In this document: one piece after another, positions 48,701 through 59,627 of the stretch
Layout: each line of letters starts with the position of its first letter
Numbering within the stretch: the first letter of the stretch is position 1
Position numbers and translations under genes: made by a program
The notes under the pieces: generated by a model
The model's input: only the letters and a program-made list of their open reading frames with translations
Told to the model about the DNA's origin: nothing
The model's database searches: none
NCBI RefSeq assembly: GCF_000315625.1
Contig: NW_005434569.1
Coordinates: 89,349 to 153,348, forward strand
Length of the DNA stretch: 64,000 bases
DNA from: Guillardia theta CCMP2712
Taxonomy: Eukaryota > Protista > Cryptophyta
Direction of reading: 5' to 3'

Positions 48701-50786
48701 GACTGCTTTTGCCGCGCTCAAGACAGCTCTTACGCAGGCTCCAGTCTTGGCTCACTTCCGTTCTGATCGGCTGACCATCCTGTACACAGACGCTAGCGAC
48801 CTGGCCATTGGAGCCGCGCTTCATCAGATCGATGAAAACAACGAGGAACATCCCGTTGCATTCTATGGCAAGAAACTCTCCTCCGCCGAACGCAATTACT
48901 CCACCTATGAGCGTGAGCTTCTTGCTCTCAAGGAAAGTCTCCGTCATTTTTCCTACTACTTGATTGGTCGTCGCTTTCGTGTATGTACCGATCACCACAG
49001 CTTGATCAGATTGAACACCCAGTCTGAACTCTCTCCCCGCCTGGCTCGTTGGTTGTCTACCTTCCTTCAGTACGACATGGAGATCCACCACATCCCTGGC
49101 GAAACTAACGTCGTTGCTGATGCCCTCAGTCGGATCTCAGGCGACTCGCCTGCTCCATCGTTCGCTCCCCAATCACCCGCTGATCTGACTCAGGCTCATG
49201 ATCGCGCTATGCGCGCTGAAGACATTGCTCGGGATCTTCTTGTTGGTCTTCATACCGTTCAGATGCTTACGGATTCCTCGTTCGTCTCCCAACTGATGCA
49301 GAACTACTCCACCTGTCCTGATTTTCAGGTTTTATACCAATTGGGCAAAGACGGTGAATTGCTCGGCCAACCGGGTTGTCGTCATTTTGAATTTTCGGAT
49401 GACTTGCTCTACTATGTTGACTCTACCGGCAGGACGAGGATCTGTGTTCCTACCGCTATCCGCGCTGCTGTACTACGCCTAGCGCATGATGATGCCGGAC
49501 ATGTGGGTTCTGACAAAACCTACCTCTCACTTGTTGCCAAAGTCTACTGGAATAACATGAAGCGTGACGTCGAAAATTACGTGCATTCCTGCCTCATTTG
49601 CCAGGCTGCGAAGAACTACAAACAGAAACCCATCGGTTTGCCCAAGAGTCATGACGTTCCTGCTGACAAATTTGACGTCATCTCCGTCGATCTCCTCAGC
49701 GGACTTCCGACTACCTCCCAAGGTCATGATTCTCTCTTCGTCATGTTGGACTCGTTCTCGCAACATGTCACGCTGGCTCCAACTCACAAGTCTGCTACGA
49801 CCCAGGAACTTGTGGATTTATTTCTCCAATACTTCTATCGCACTCGTGGTCTTCCTGCTGCAATCCTTTCGGATAATGGGCCAAATGTCTCCTCGCATTT
49901 TTGGGATACAGTATTTCAGACGCTAGGTGTTCAGGTACGCCACTCTTCCAAGTACTATCCCCAGGCCAATGGTCGCGTTGAACGGATCAATGCCACCATT
50001 CTGGATATGCTCCGCACTAAACTCGCTCAGGGTTCATCTGAATGGACAGTCCATCTTCCATTCATTGAGTTTGCCCTCAATCATGCCCCCCGTCGTGAAA
50101 CAGGGTTATCTGCCTTTCAAGTGGAATACGGCAAGAATCCGCGCTCAGTTATGGATTTGACCCTTGATCAGGTTCTTCCTCAAGCCCGCACGACTGTCGA
50201 CAACATACGTGCAGGTGAAAACCTTGTGCGAGATACCTTGGCCTCGATCGCCAATCGAGCAGAGACGCGTCTACTTCCTTCTCGCCGCCCGCTTCGTTGG
50301 CAAGTTGGTGATTTGGTCTGGATCGACGCGCGTTTATTCAATCAGCAGTTTGAAATTCGCAAATTTCGAGATCGATACATTGGTCCTTTCCCTATCACCG
50401 AGGTTTGCAACAACAACAATTATCGAGTTGATGTTCGCCAGCGCTTCCCTCGCATGGATCAAGATGTTTTTAATGCCAAGTTCCTACGCCCCCATGTGCG
50501 CAGGAAAGATCATTTGCAGCAGCCTGTGGTTTCCCAACCTGTGCCTGGATTCTACGAAGTGGCTCGCATCCTCAATCATCGTCAACGTAATGGTGCGAAG
50601 CAATATCTGGTTCGTTGGAAGGGATTTTCCTCCGCCGACGACACTTGGGAACCTGTTGCCCATCTCTCGCGTACACCGGCGCTCCGTCAGTTGCTTCAGC
50701 AATATGAACAGCATCGCACGCGTCAAGATGCTTCTGCTTCTTCTCATGGACAGCGGCAGCGGCAGCGTCGTGCGCCTCTCAATTAG
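45738..50786 (+). CDS. Gypsy Gag-Pol polyprotein with C-terminal chromodomain, 1682 aa
   Basis: CYNCGKLGHRSSEC; LLDSGA; RFCIDYR, LPFGL, YVDD; YTDASD; integrase H-H-C-C, SVDL, SDNG, NGRVER; GPF; chromodomain YEVARILNHR...YLVRWKGFSSADDTWEP. Confidence 0.97.
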   Translation: MSGYNTRLAARMLDENATDTLEHDWQSAAGIDDDLRPESTEDRSLQNMSAALLEVQQRLNALEAPASSEAVPPAALKPGPPPISSRDGPQLVSLADQQLLAKLRNLPKLDTARQTSANNVLTWVQTIQYSFAVYGIPRANWVVHTLDLLDAPVRQHFVAKYPPETFRRMEWDTFSEEIREKFLPPHLLSNLIHQLDNLNQDRQESLASYAARTLTLIEQLQLLPDGKLFATSSLVCKRFINGVRSHMTALLLNQWVTLQRSDDVDFRQLREYALKIDNQTRTKEHSTGADPHRQLYSVQVGNRSSNSNDRKSRPSGKASAFKERRAARQDARSAGDSSSPNTSTNAIRCYNCGKLGHRSSECRRTRRSQSPEREQSSDSSSPPLLGAVQTSDDRKAAPSVAANKIAARSKTPKRRPQVHFSEELEDEVPLDGDALEVHLHPIALHSLGSQEHGASSGSLLYLPIVPLTSPVPATTSEILALLDSGAEISVISRQVARQLQLTTQRIPATLTAQFAHGDAKVVLRETCLLPFRIAGTNVETQETFFILDSPASLPAILSQPFIAKMKMNIDFHSKLVTIPAQDGTAGRQRLPLAFHIPGPGSAAMRQAQCLIFPWHADWNTLQPPPPEDMMPWVMATVSSPVSTSSLVSQVASSASPLAAQALQELLEDFSDVLVDELPIQSPVSRGQYDVVLRVPDDVRPIRRRPYRLPATLQEELAKTIDFLLARGIIERNNDVMWQSPVIFVRKGLSSEGVPQFRFCIDYRGVNNHLLDDSFPPPVPTELMERIGRVLSQRTESSTDTLYFSKLDMASGFWQLALTPDSSQYTGFVTEQGSYQFRALPFGLKTATAAFQKFSQGILAGMANVLVYVDDLLLFSMGNPRSHLQQVRLLLERLRHHQVFVKRSKCVFLQTQISFLGYTLNAHGIAPEASKVAAIEDFPPPASVKQLRQFLGLANFYRRFIKNFANYAAPLSDLLKTSQRRFVWTRSAETAFAALKTALTQAPVLAHFRSDRLTILYTDASDLAIGAALHQIDENNEEHPVAFYGKKLSSAERNYSTYERELLALKESLRHFSYYLIGRRFRVCTDHHSLIRLNTQSELSPRLARWLSTFLQYDMEIHHIPGETNVVADALSRISGDSPAPSFAPQSPADLTQAHDRAMRAEDIARDLLVGLHTVQMLTDSSFVSQLMQNYSTCPDFQVLYQLGKDGELLGQPGCRHFEFSDDLLYYVDSTGRTRICVPTAIRAAVLRLAHDDAGHVGSDKTYLSLVAKVYWNNMKRDVENYVHSCLICQAAKNYKQKPIGLPKSHDVPADKFDVISVDLLSGLPTTSQGHDSLFVMLDSFSQHVTLAPTHKSATTQELVDLFLQYFYRTRGLPAAILSDNGPNVSSHFWDTVFQTLGVQVRHSSKYYPQANGRVERINATILDMLRTKLAQGSSEWTVHLPFIEFALNHAPRRETGLSAFQVEYGKNPRSVMDLTLDQVLPQARTTVDNIRAGENLVRDTLASIANRAETRLLPSRRPLRWQVGDLVWIDARLFNQQFEIRKFRDRYIGPFPITEVCNNNNYRVDVRQRFPRMDQDVFNAKFLRPHVRRKDHLQQPVVSQPVPGFYEVARILNHRQRNGAKQYLVRWKGFSSADDTWEPVAHLSRTPALRQLLQQYEQHRTRQDASASSHGQRQRQRRAPLN

Positions 50787-50896
50787 GCATTTTACGTGCT
50801 GCGCCTGGAGCGTGTCAGAGAAAAAACAGATTTGACAAGCTGAGAAAGCGAAGTTTTCTGAGTCCTGAGCACTCCAAGAAAGCGCAGAGAAGAGCG

Positions 50897-51531
50897 TGTC
50901 AGAGCTCATAGGAACCGAGCCCGAGTCAGACAAAGGCCTATCAGGATGAAAGGACAGTTGGCTGTCTCGTACTCGTGTTCGAAGCTGACTTCTCCTGGAT
51001 GACCCAGGATACTCTACTCCAGTGTGAAGCTGCTGAAAGGACCCCTGTGGAGGCCTTTGTTGCAGCAACCGTGTACCCGTGGGGGACTTACAAGGTAAAC
51101 AGAAGGGGTGCGTCTTGTGCAGTACGACCCGTTGGAAGCAGCTTGCTGCCATGCAAGGACGGGGTTCTCTTCCCTGCGAGAGAGCATGGTATCCTCTCGA
51201 AGGTCAGAAGGGATGCTTGTCAACTTCCAAGAACAGGACACCCCTCCTTTCTGTAGCCAAGAGACGGCACCCCTGGCTCATTCCTCGAAGCTATAAAAGG
51301 ATGAAACTCGTCAGAGCTAGGTGGTCCTCTTCCCCTTTCGTGTGTGTGCCACGATTGTTGAGACGTCTTTGTGTGTATCGTCTTGTCTTGTTTTGTGTGT
51401 GTGTGTGAAAGAAATAAAAGAGAGTTAGATCTCCTTCTGTTTCACCGCTTTCCCTCTTAGTAGAGAAATCCAACGTGAGTTCTTATTGAACTGCGCTTGA
51501 AGGTCCACTCGAGAATCTTCGAGGTGTGACA
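50897..51531 (+). repeat. Gypsy 3' LTR
   Basis: Direct repeat of 44998-45632. Confidence 0.97.
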
Positions 51532-52766
51532 GTACCCGGTTCCATCAAACTCATCATCACCATCCTTGCTTGTTGGCACATGACTGAGGAAAGTTGGTCG
51601 GAACCAGAGCCTGCATATCCACGCTGCTAAAGGAATGGCGGATAATGCCCTGTTCTGCTTCCGTCATATCTTTATACCTTCAAGCCACAGTCATCAAGTT
51701 TTATTCTGTTATGCATGATTCAAATAAAATCCAATTGTCTCCAGCAAATGTAGAACTCAGTCGGATCAACATCGAGGTAGATGGGAAGCTGTGTACGGTT
51801 GCCGCTCGCAAGACATCCACTGCTGACATATCATAAGCTATCGTGATCGCATCCATGAGCTCATGAACTGGGAGGCCTATTGACTACAGGCTTTGAGATG
51901 CCTGTGACTGCATTATTATGTATTATCGTAAAATTTCCTCATATGCTATCATCATCTGGAGTCACATTGATGAATTGGATGACCTTCAGTCAGAGACTCG
52001 GTGCTCTGACAGCAAGATTTTATTGTCTGTTCCTCCCGTGTTTATCAAATTACCCTCATCCCCCCTCATACAAAACTGACTAGGCGTGTCAAACTCTTTG
52101 CGGCCTCACTGACTCACTGAGACTCTTCTTACACTGCATTTCTGGAGGTTTTCCAACATGAATATGACACGCTGGCCGTGAAATGAAAGGAATGTACCCA
52201 TGGTGTGTACAGCAGACCTGGCAGTGATCATATAGACATCCTGCCATGTTTCAGCCCGACAAACAGTCCTTTTACTACGTTTCGCACCGAAAATCACTGT
52301 GAAGGGCTAGAAAGCGACATATGAAGCATTGCCATTCATGTCTGAGGCATGGCCTACTGGTTAGAACCGATAGAGATGATCGGAAGGCACTCTAAACCTG
52401 AATTAATGGAACTCATGCCTCATGAGCATAGGCATAATGCAGACCAGCTAATCGATTTTTTGCCTTCTAAATCCTTTCAGCAAATATTTTTATTCGAATC
52501 GAATTTAATCACTGCGCGTTCCGCAACACAAATGGCGCCGCGGCCAGGCAGTTCAGCAATGACTACTCAAATACGAAGGCATCAATGCGATAGCTCTCTA
52601 CAAAATTCATACGCTATGTATGCTCTACGAACAATACAACGAGAAAAAATCATCTAGAAACACAACAGACCTCGATATAATAAGAGGGAAAGAGAATGAG
52701 ATTCGCAAACAATAGGAACAACGTCAAAAAAGTACTAACAAATGAGTATGGACTAGAGCTGAGGAA

Positions 52767-53052
52767 ACGGAGGGAGACAGGGAGAGGGATGGGAGGGAGG
52801 ATGCAGGTGTAGAGAGGGGCAGGAGGGGCTAAGGGGAGGAGTTGTGACGGAGGAAGTGCAGGTTGCGAGGAGGAGTTGAAGTCAAGAAGCGACGAAAGAA
52901 GGGAGAAGAAAGGGTGAAGGAGCGGTGAGGCGACGGAGGGAGACAGGGAGAGGGATGGGAGGGAGGATGCAGGTGTAGAGAGGGGCAGGAGGGGCCAAGG
53001 GGAGGAGTTGTGACGGAGGAAGTGCAGGTTGCGAGGAGGAGTTGAAGTCAAG
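52767..53052. repeat. Two near-identical 120-bp purine-rich direct repeats (52767-52886, 52933-53052)
   Basis: Visible, one mismatch seen. Confidence 0.9.
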
Positions 53053-53262
53053 CCGCTGTACAGAGTCCAATGGAATTGATTGTTGATACTTTAAAAAGGT
53101 CGCCAGTTTGTTCACAGAAGTACATCTATACATTTATGATTCGCACCAGGATCTCATCTCTAGAATCCGATCGATGCGCTGCTGTCACAATTAAAGTGTG
53201 TTCAAATTACAATCTCTCAAAATAAACTCCCTTGGACAAGGCACTGTACCATCAATGCAGCG
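53053..53262. repeat. Diverged direct copy of 44493-44704
   Basis: Shared ccgctgtacagag, cagaagtacatct and atcgatgcgctgctgtcacaattaaagtgtgttcaaattacaatct. Confidence 0.88.
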
Positions 53263-53849
53263 TCTCCCTCAGGTTTCCCGCCACCCAAGGCGATGGCTTC
53301 CCGCCATCGCCCTAAACAAAGTGAAACAAACAGTACAGCCGAACATACATACAGAGTACGAACCAACAAACGAACGAACAGCACAGACAAACAAACAAAC
53401 ATACATGAGGTACACACAAACGAACAAACAAACTTACCCTGCAAATTTCAAAATTTGTCAGCAGAGAGTTCGGATGTGTGAAATTATTTTGTAATCAAAA
53501 GCAATGGGTCATGGGCACGCATGTCGCGCCAACGATGATCTTCTCCTGGGGTTGCAACACGATAAGCCAACGATCAGCTGCTTTGAGAGGCATTGAAACT
53601 CAATCGAGATGAGCGGGAAGCCTCAGCCTTATGGTTGCGAGAAAGGCACCACACTGACCATTTCGGATAAGGGAAGCGTGGGAAGAAGTGTGCTGTTGCG
53701 AGAAGGATACAACACTGAGGAAGGGAGATGGAAGCTTGAAGGAGAGATGAGACGACAGAGAGAGGAAGGGAGAGGGATGGGATCCAGGCGCAGCCGGAGG
53801 AAGCAGGAAGGTTGCAGCCTGCGAAAGACGAATGTTGCCATCTAAGCTT

Positions 53850-55315
53850 GCGTGTGTCTGAAGTAATGGATGGCAGTTGTCTGGAGGCAGGTAGATGTTT
53901 CGCGCTGTCTCGTATTTTTCATTGAGTTGCTTCAAAGTAGCAATGTTTCTGATGGCACCATGTGCATGTGGCTGATAAGTAAAGCCTTGTAACATGATTC
54001 TGACAAGCAAGAATGCATTTATTGGGTTTATACAGAGAAGTACGGTAATTAGTGTAAATTTCCCCCGGCATTCAAGTCCAGCCTTCAACTATAATACTTG
54101 AAAGAACAGGAGAAAACTCCACGGCAATTGGATCACATGAGAGATGACTCTGAGAGAACGAATAGTGCAGCTCATGAGAGTTGTTTTTTAAAATCAACTG
54201 CAGTGCGACAGACGAATCTGGCGATCTCAATCATGATTCAGCTTTTATGTGGCTGATGCATTCGCTGGCAGAGAGCTAACCTTGTCTGGAGGCAGCTGAT
54301 GTCTCATGCTTTCTTCATCTTTGTTTGCCTATTCGACTAGTTGCTGGTAAAGCTACATGTATGACCATTATGTGCACGATGCCAGGCTCAGTACCCGGCA
54401 TCGTGGCTTGTGGCTTTGTTAAGCAGCCACAAGCACATGAATGTACAGAATTACATGGCGATGAGCATTGGCACGTAAGACGAATCTAACCAGCAAGGAT
54501 GTGATGATTTGGCTTTATTGAAGCTATCCTGAGAATGAAGAAGTTGCACGCTATCACATGCATAGTTCCATGCTAGAGTTTATGACGTGCAAGTTCCTTA
54601 TTTCATGAAATGAATGTCACGAACAGAGAGAGAGTCACATACATCTGCATACAATGTGCAAGCTTCATTGGTGACGACACTTTCTTTTGGCGTTCACCTG
54701 ATTCAAATCCATCGCAAACAAAGAACAGCAACAGCAAGTATCTTCAAATCTGCTTCACTTTTATCCCACGTAGGATTCTGGTACCAGGATGCTAGGGTGG
54801 CAACGCAACAAGGAGGGTCGCACTTCCTTCAAATTTTCGAAGGTTGCTTCTCTCATCGCACTCTGGTCCATTTTCCTCATGTTTTCCTTCTCAAAGTGTG
54901 AAAATAGCTTATATAAAATAAGATACACCATCATCGAGGCGTCTCAGTGCAAACACAAGAAGGCAAGTCACATGCGTGTTGGGATAATGTAGGCATGCAT
55001 ATTTGAATGCTTGCCGCTCAAAACAATATTTGATGCATACTTACACAAGATCAAGATCAAGAAAGCAAAAATCATCATTGATGTACAATTACAACTATTC
55101 TCACCATGCTTGAAAGCTTCTTTGTATTCACTAGCAACTCAACGAACTCAGATTCAAATCTTCTCTTTCCTCTTGGAGTCCAAGGATGGTTCTCAACCAT
55201 TATGGATAGGTTCAAAGAGAAGTTTTCTATTCATCCACATGACAGTACACATAGATTCGAAGTATTTCACCATTCAAATTGGTTGTCGCGCGCGAGCAAG
55301 GGATCGGTTCGCCAT
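53850..55315 (-). pseudogene. Decayed multi-exon cargo gene; lower boundary approximate
   Basis: Exon 55315-55105 runs from ATG to a GTGAG donor with five in-frame stops, all TGA. Confidence 0.5.
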
Positions 55316-55919
55316 CTCTTGCTTGGTCGAGGGAGGGGGGATTTGGGGAAAGTGAAGGCAAGGGGTGACCCCTACCCCCTTTTTCTATATTTCAAACTTG
55401 GAAAGCTGGGGGTGGAGGTGTCTTGTTTCCAATCACCTACCCTCGCATTCCCAAGAGAACCTTCGGTTAAAATGGGGGTACTCATGCGTGTAAATTCAAA
55501 CCAACCGTTTCTTGGGTCAGGGGGGTGGAACACAGTTCACCATCACCCTGAAATCGCCTTAAAAGCGTATTAGAACTGTACGAGGAGCTCGAGATCCGGT
55601 ACTAAACAGGCTCCAAGAACAGACTCAATTTGCCTTGTCTACCCCCCTGAAAGGTCCTCACAATCACAAACGGGGTAGTGCTACCCTCCCCGACATTTGA
55701 TAGGGGAAAGGAGGGTAGTTTGAAGCAAATATGGGTGCTTCTGGACCCCAGACGGCAAGCTATGCCCCCCTCAGGACTAATTGGATCTGGCCCACTGGGC
55801 CAGCCTTTGTACCAGAAGCATTATTGAGTAATTCAAGATCATGACGTAATGGAGCCTCCGAGAATCGGACGGTCCGGGCTCGCCGGCGGGGCCTTGGTTT
55901 ACCGTTGAAGTTCCCAGTA

Positions 55920-56322
55920 ACCTTCTCTCCACAGATGGTGACACAGTGGCAATGACACCCGAAGTAGTGACAGTGATAGCACCGACTGCAAGTTTCTGTA
56001 GCCGCGTGGTAATCATCTGAGTTATCACTAATGGCCGCGCAGGAAAGATATCAGGATACAGAGAACAAACGGAGGTGATAAGAGATTGGTATAGATGGTC
56101 AAGCTTGTTTACTTCAAGCAATCCAGTCTCACAGAGACCATACTGTGACACCTCGTTCTCCTTTCCCTGTCCCGGTGCAAATGCACGGTGCGCGGCCCCT
56201 CCTTTCTCTTCGTCGGTCCCTAAAACTAGTAGGGACTGCCTGGTCCTAGGAACTACCACTACCGGTACTCTACGCTTCTTATCTGCGATATGATTCTTCG
56301 ACCGGTCCGAGGCCTCCAGTTC
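55920..56322 (-). mobile_element. Possible LTR-retrotransposon 3' remnant (PPT + partial LTR), continuing at 58440-58800 after the TIR insertion
   Basis: Minus strand reads GGACAGGGAAAGGAGAACGAGG directly followed by TGTCACAG (56150), the PPT-LTR junction pattern. No partner LTR in the window. Confidence 0.4.
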
Positions 56323-58436
56323 CATTCTGGGGTCAAACCGCGTTGGTTTTCGCCCTATATCTTCAAGGGGGTGGTGCATGGGAAAATGGGGGTACACGGC
56401 ATGTGATTTGCGCAGGTTGAAATTCTGTACTGTTGAAATTCAAACCATATTCAAAACCGTGATTAAAAGTGATTTTGGAAGTTTAGCTTATCGTTTCTTG
56501 GTACCTTCTAAAATGTTTTAATTCTACACGCCTCCACCCACTACCCCAGCGCGTCTCCCCTCACCATTCTGCTCTCATGTCGCGAAGCTCTTCTCTGCCG
56601 ATCCTTGTCTTCAGTAGTGTTTGAGTTTTGTGCGAGCATGTTTGCCCAAGTTGCAGTCACTTGCAGCAGGTGAGCCTCATCAATATTTCTCTTCGTCCAA
56701 CCCGCTGTGCCGGTTGGTGAAAATGTTACAATGCCATAATCTGTTTTCAAAGTTTGGTTTGTTGAACGCATCCATTGTTGGGGACGAGTATACCACGAAC
56801 ACACACGAGCATGAAGAGACTCGAAAGTATTTTGGGAGAGGAAAAGGTGCAAATGAACTCATTACATCACACAGGTAGAGAGTTCTTCTGTGGATTGTTC
56901 ATTTTTTAATCGTTGTGAACAAGTAGCAAAAGCATGGCGATGTTGAAAACTAGGTTCTGAATGGTTGCAGCTGAAACGCATTACAAGATTCCAAGACCTT
57001 TATTCCACGAAGACCTTCATCTTCATGTACTGGATGGAATATCATATTTATGAGAGATGCTTCACTGTGCCACATGACTTATTCACATCATGTTTGAACT
57101 TCTCCGCCTTTGAATGATGCATCTCTTGTTGCATGACTTAAAAACCACTTTGTGAAGATGCATAGTCTTGTATATATCCATGTCCACATGCTCAAAGCCT
57201 TGCCACTTTGTGACAAACAATATTGAAAAATCTTGAAGACAGCAAACCCAACGGCACGGTGTTGGATGGCAGTGCACCTACAGCATGTGCTTCAATTCTG
57301 TTGTGCGCGCACCATATGCTATTGTGGCTGTCATTATCATTGACTGGAAGTCAGTGTCAATTTGCTGGTAGTTCGACATCCTGAGACAAATGCTTCGAAT
57401 GAATAATAAATGTCAAATCAGATATCACCTCCAACCTTGATTCTACATTCTGATTGCAACGCACAATGGATTCTTGCATGCAAGCTGACAAGCTCGAGAC
57501 TTGATCCCTGATATGATCTGAGGCTTAATTGGACGTCAACAGCTCCGCCATTAGGGAAGCAAAGCAAAGTTCATGCATTTCACCAAATGTGCAAACATGC
57601 AAAGGACTTGAGTGAGGAGAGTTTGGAGAGAGGAGGGGAGATACTTCAACAAGAGCTTCGTGAGAGTCAAGTAATTGGCATATTTCAAAGATTCAAATAT
57701 CATCAAACTTTTTCTGAACGTGTGAAGCAACGATGTAACGAAGCGTACAGAAGACATGCCGAGGAGGGAGTCAAGTGAGATGTGATTGCGCCTTAATTAA
57801 ATGAACTCGTCATGATCTTACAGATATTATTATTCAGTTCACTTTTCAGATAAAGTACATTACTCTGAGGGCCCAGAAGTCTTGAAGAGAACATTGATGA
57901 TACGATTGACTTAGTCGTCGGACATGTAGGATGACGAACTCATGCAGACTGATCCACTCCTGCAAGATCACCAAGTAAGAATTTATGCTGGATTCTTGAT
58001 GCCAAGTGTACCTTGCGATCATCTTCTTACTCGGCAGTCTTTCACCTGTGCTCATGGTGGCAGCTCGCTGACCTTGCTGCTGTGCTCGCCCGGCGGCTCA
58101 GCATGACGGTGTGCGATTTGACGATGGGAATGATGGGGAGTGTTTCCCCACCCTCATCGACAGGGTGGGTCATCAAAATTGTTTTAGATGGTACAAAACA
58201 GCAGTTATAAACCGTTACTTAGTACAACTGCTTGTACTACGGATTCGAATAAACAATTCATTACCGTTAAAACAAATGGACACGCCAGTTCAAAATTTGA
58301 AGCACCCCTACCACTGATATTACCGAGCACCACCCCTCAAAAACGATGGGGTACACCACCACCGGTATCCTATGAGAACAGCATACGCATTCCTCTTTTG
58401 CGTTAATAAAGACCAACGCGGTTTGACCCCAGAATG
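56323..58436. mobile_element. Non-autonomous TIR transposon, 2114 bp, 25-bp perfect TIRs, 3-bp TSD
   Basis: CATTCTGGGGTCAAACCGCGTTGGT (56323-56347) and its exact reverse complement (58412-58436); TTC on both flanks (56320-22, 58437-39); decayed ORF remnants inside. Confidence 0.9.
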
Positions 58437-59140
58437 TTCCGTACCTTGAGGGTTCCCTGAGCCTGCCAAGAGTCATAGCCGGGCTTGACATGACGAGGTC
58501 TTCGATTCCCATCCAACGCTCTCTGTGAAGTTGATATCATGAGCTGCCAGGCTCCCTTGACCTTGGAGGTGGTCGGCGACCGCATTCCTTGTCTGAGTCC
58601 TCCGCTAAGATGATCCGACTCAGTGATGATAGTACTGTCTTCTTTGATCAGACCCCTTGTTCTCCCATGTCCATGACTTCAGGGTGATACTTCCAATCTC
58701 CCCTTGAGCGTAGCTGCATATCCTGCCATGATGCTGCCATCCACGAGTCCTAGGTTCTTGCTGTCTTCTTCATGATTCGAAGTTCTCCTACGTAGTCCTT
58801 ATTGTAGCTGTTGCTGTCCCAGGCTCTCCAGGGGTGCATTCCGAGGCTCAGGCTAAGCATCTGTGCACCCAGTCGGAGCCACGCCGATGATTACTCAGTG
58901 GCCGCGATTCACGGTCCGAGGCCGCGTGAGGCCCCCGTGAAGCGGCTTGCTCCTATCAGGTGCCGCAGTGCTTCAATACAGCGCCGGGCGGCCCCGGTAG
59001 CCTGAGGCACGGTCAGACACAACTTGAACAGTCGGAGGTCAACATAACATCATGGGCATGCAGTGCCTGAGGCCGCGGGCTTCCGGAGTGAACTTGGAAC
59101 ACTCAGTGGCCCGAAATGATTCAGGGCCACCAAAAATATT

Positions 59141-59627
59141 TGGAACAACTTGAAAATTGAGGGGGTGATCGGCCTGAAATCTTTGTGTGTCACGCTCCTC
59201 CAAATTTCAAGTTGTTCCATATAGTTTGGAGCAAGTCCAACCTACATGGAACAACTTGAAAATTGAGGGGGTGATCGGCCTGAAATCTTTGTGTGTCACG
59301 CTCCTCCAAATTTCAAGTTGTTCCATATAGTTTGGAGCAAGTCCAACCTACATGGAACAACTTGAAAATTGAGGGGGTGATCGGCCTGAAATCTTTGTGT
59401 TTCACGCTCCCGGAGTCCAAATTTCAAGTTGTTCCATATAGTTTGGAGCAAGTCCAACCTACATTGAACAACTTGAAAATTGAGGGGGTGATCGGCCTGA
59501 AATCTTTGTGTGTCACGCTCCTCCAAATTTCAAGTTGTTCTATGTAGTTTGGAGCAAGTCCAACCTACATGGAACAACTTGAAAATTGAGGGGGTGATCG
59601 GCCTGAAATCTTTGTGTGTCACGCTCC
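59141..59627. repeat. Tandem array of ~4.5 x 106-bp internally palindromic units
   Basis: Units start at 59142, 59248, 59354, 59465 and 59571; the third unit has a 5-bp insert. Confidence 0.95.

Larger units (their letters stand above)
44998..51531 (+). mobile_element. Intact Ty3/Gypsy chromovirus LTR retrotransposon, 6534 bp
   Basis: 635-bp LTRs TGTCA...TGACA with 2 mismatches seen; 5-bp TSD GTACC (44993-44997 / 51532-51536); PBS-like TGGTAGCA at 45639; purine tract 50877-50896; single ORF. Confidence 0.97.
38777..55851. mobile_element. TIR-bounded DNA transposon segment, 17.1 kb (~10.5 kb without the nested Gypsy), RAG1/Transib/Chapaev-type
   Basis: Left end CATTACGTCATGATCTTGGATT (38777-38798) and right end AATTCAAGATCATGACGTAATG (55830-55851): 18 bp perfect, 21/22 inverted match. 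Encodes a DDE transposase; both flanks are GC-island DNA. Flanks TTG/GAG do not form a TSD. Confidence 0.72.

Noticed and set aside
55942-55948. CACAGTG (RSS heptamer) near the right TIR
   Set aside because: No nonamer at 12 or 23 bp spacing and it lies outside the TIR; expected by chance.
59141-59627. CRISPR-like appearance of the palindromic repeat array
   Set aside because: The spacers are identical rather than unique, the unit is 106 bp, there are no cas genes, and the context is eukaryotic.
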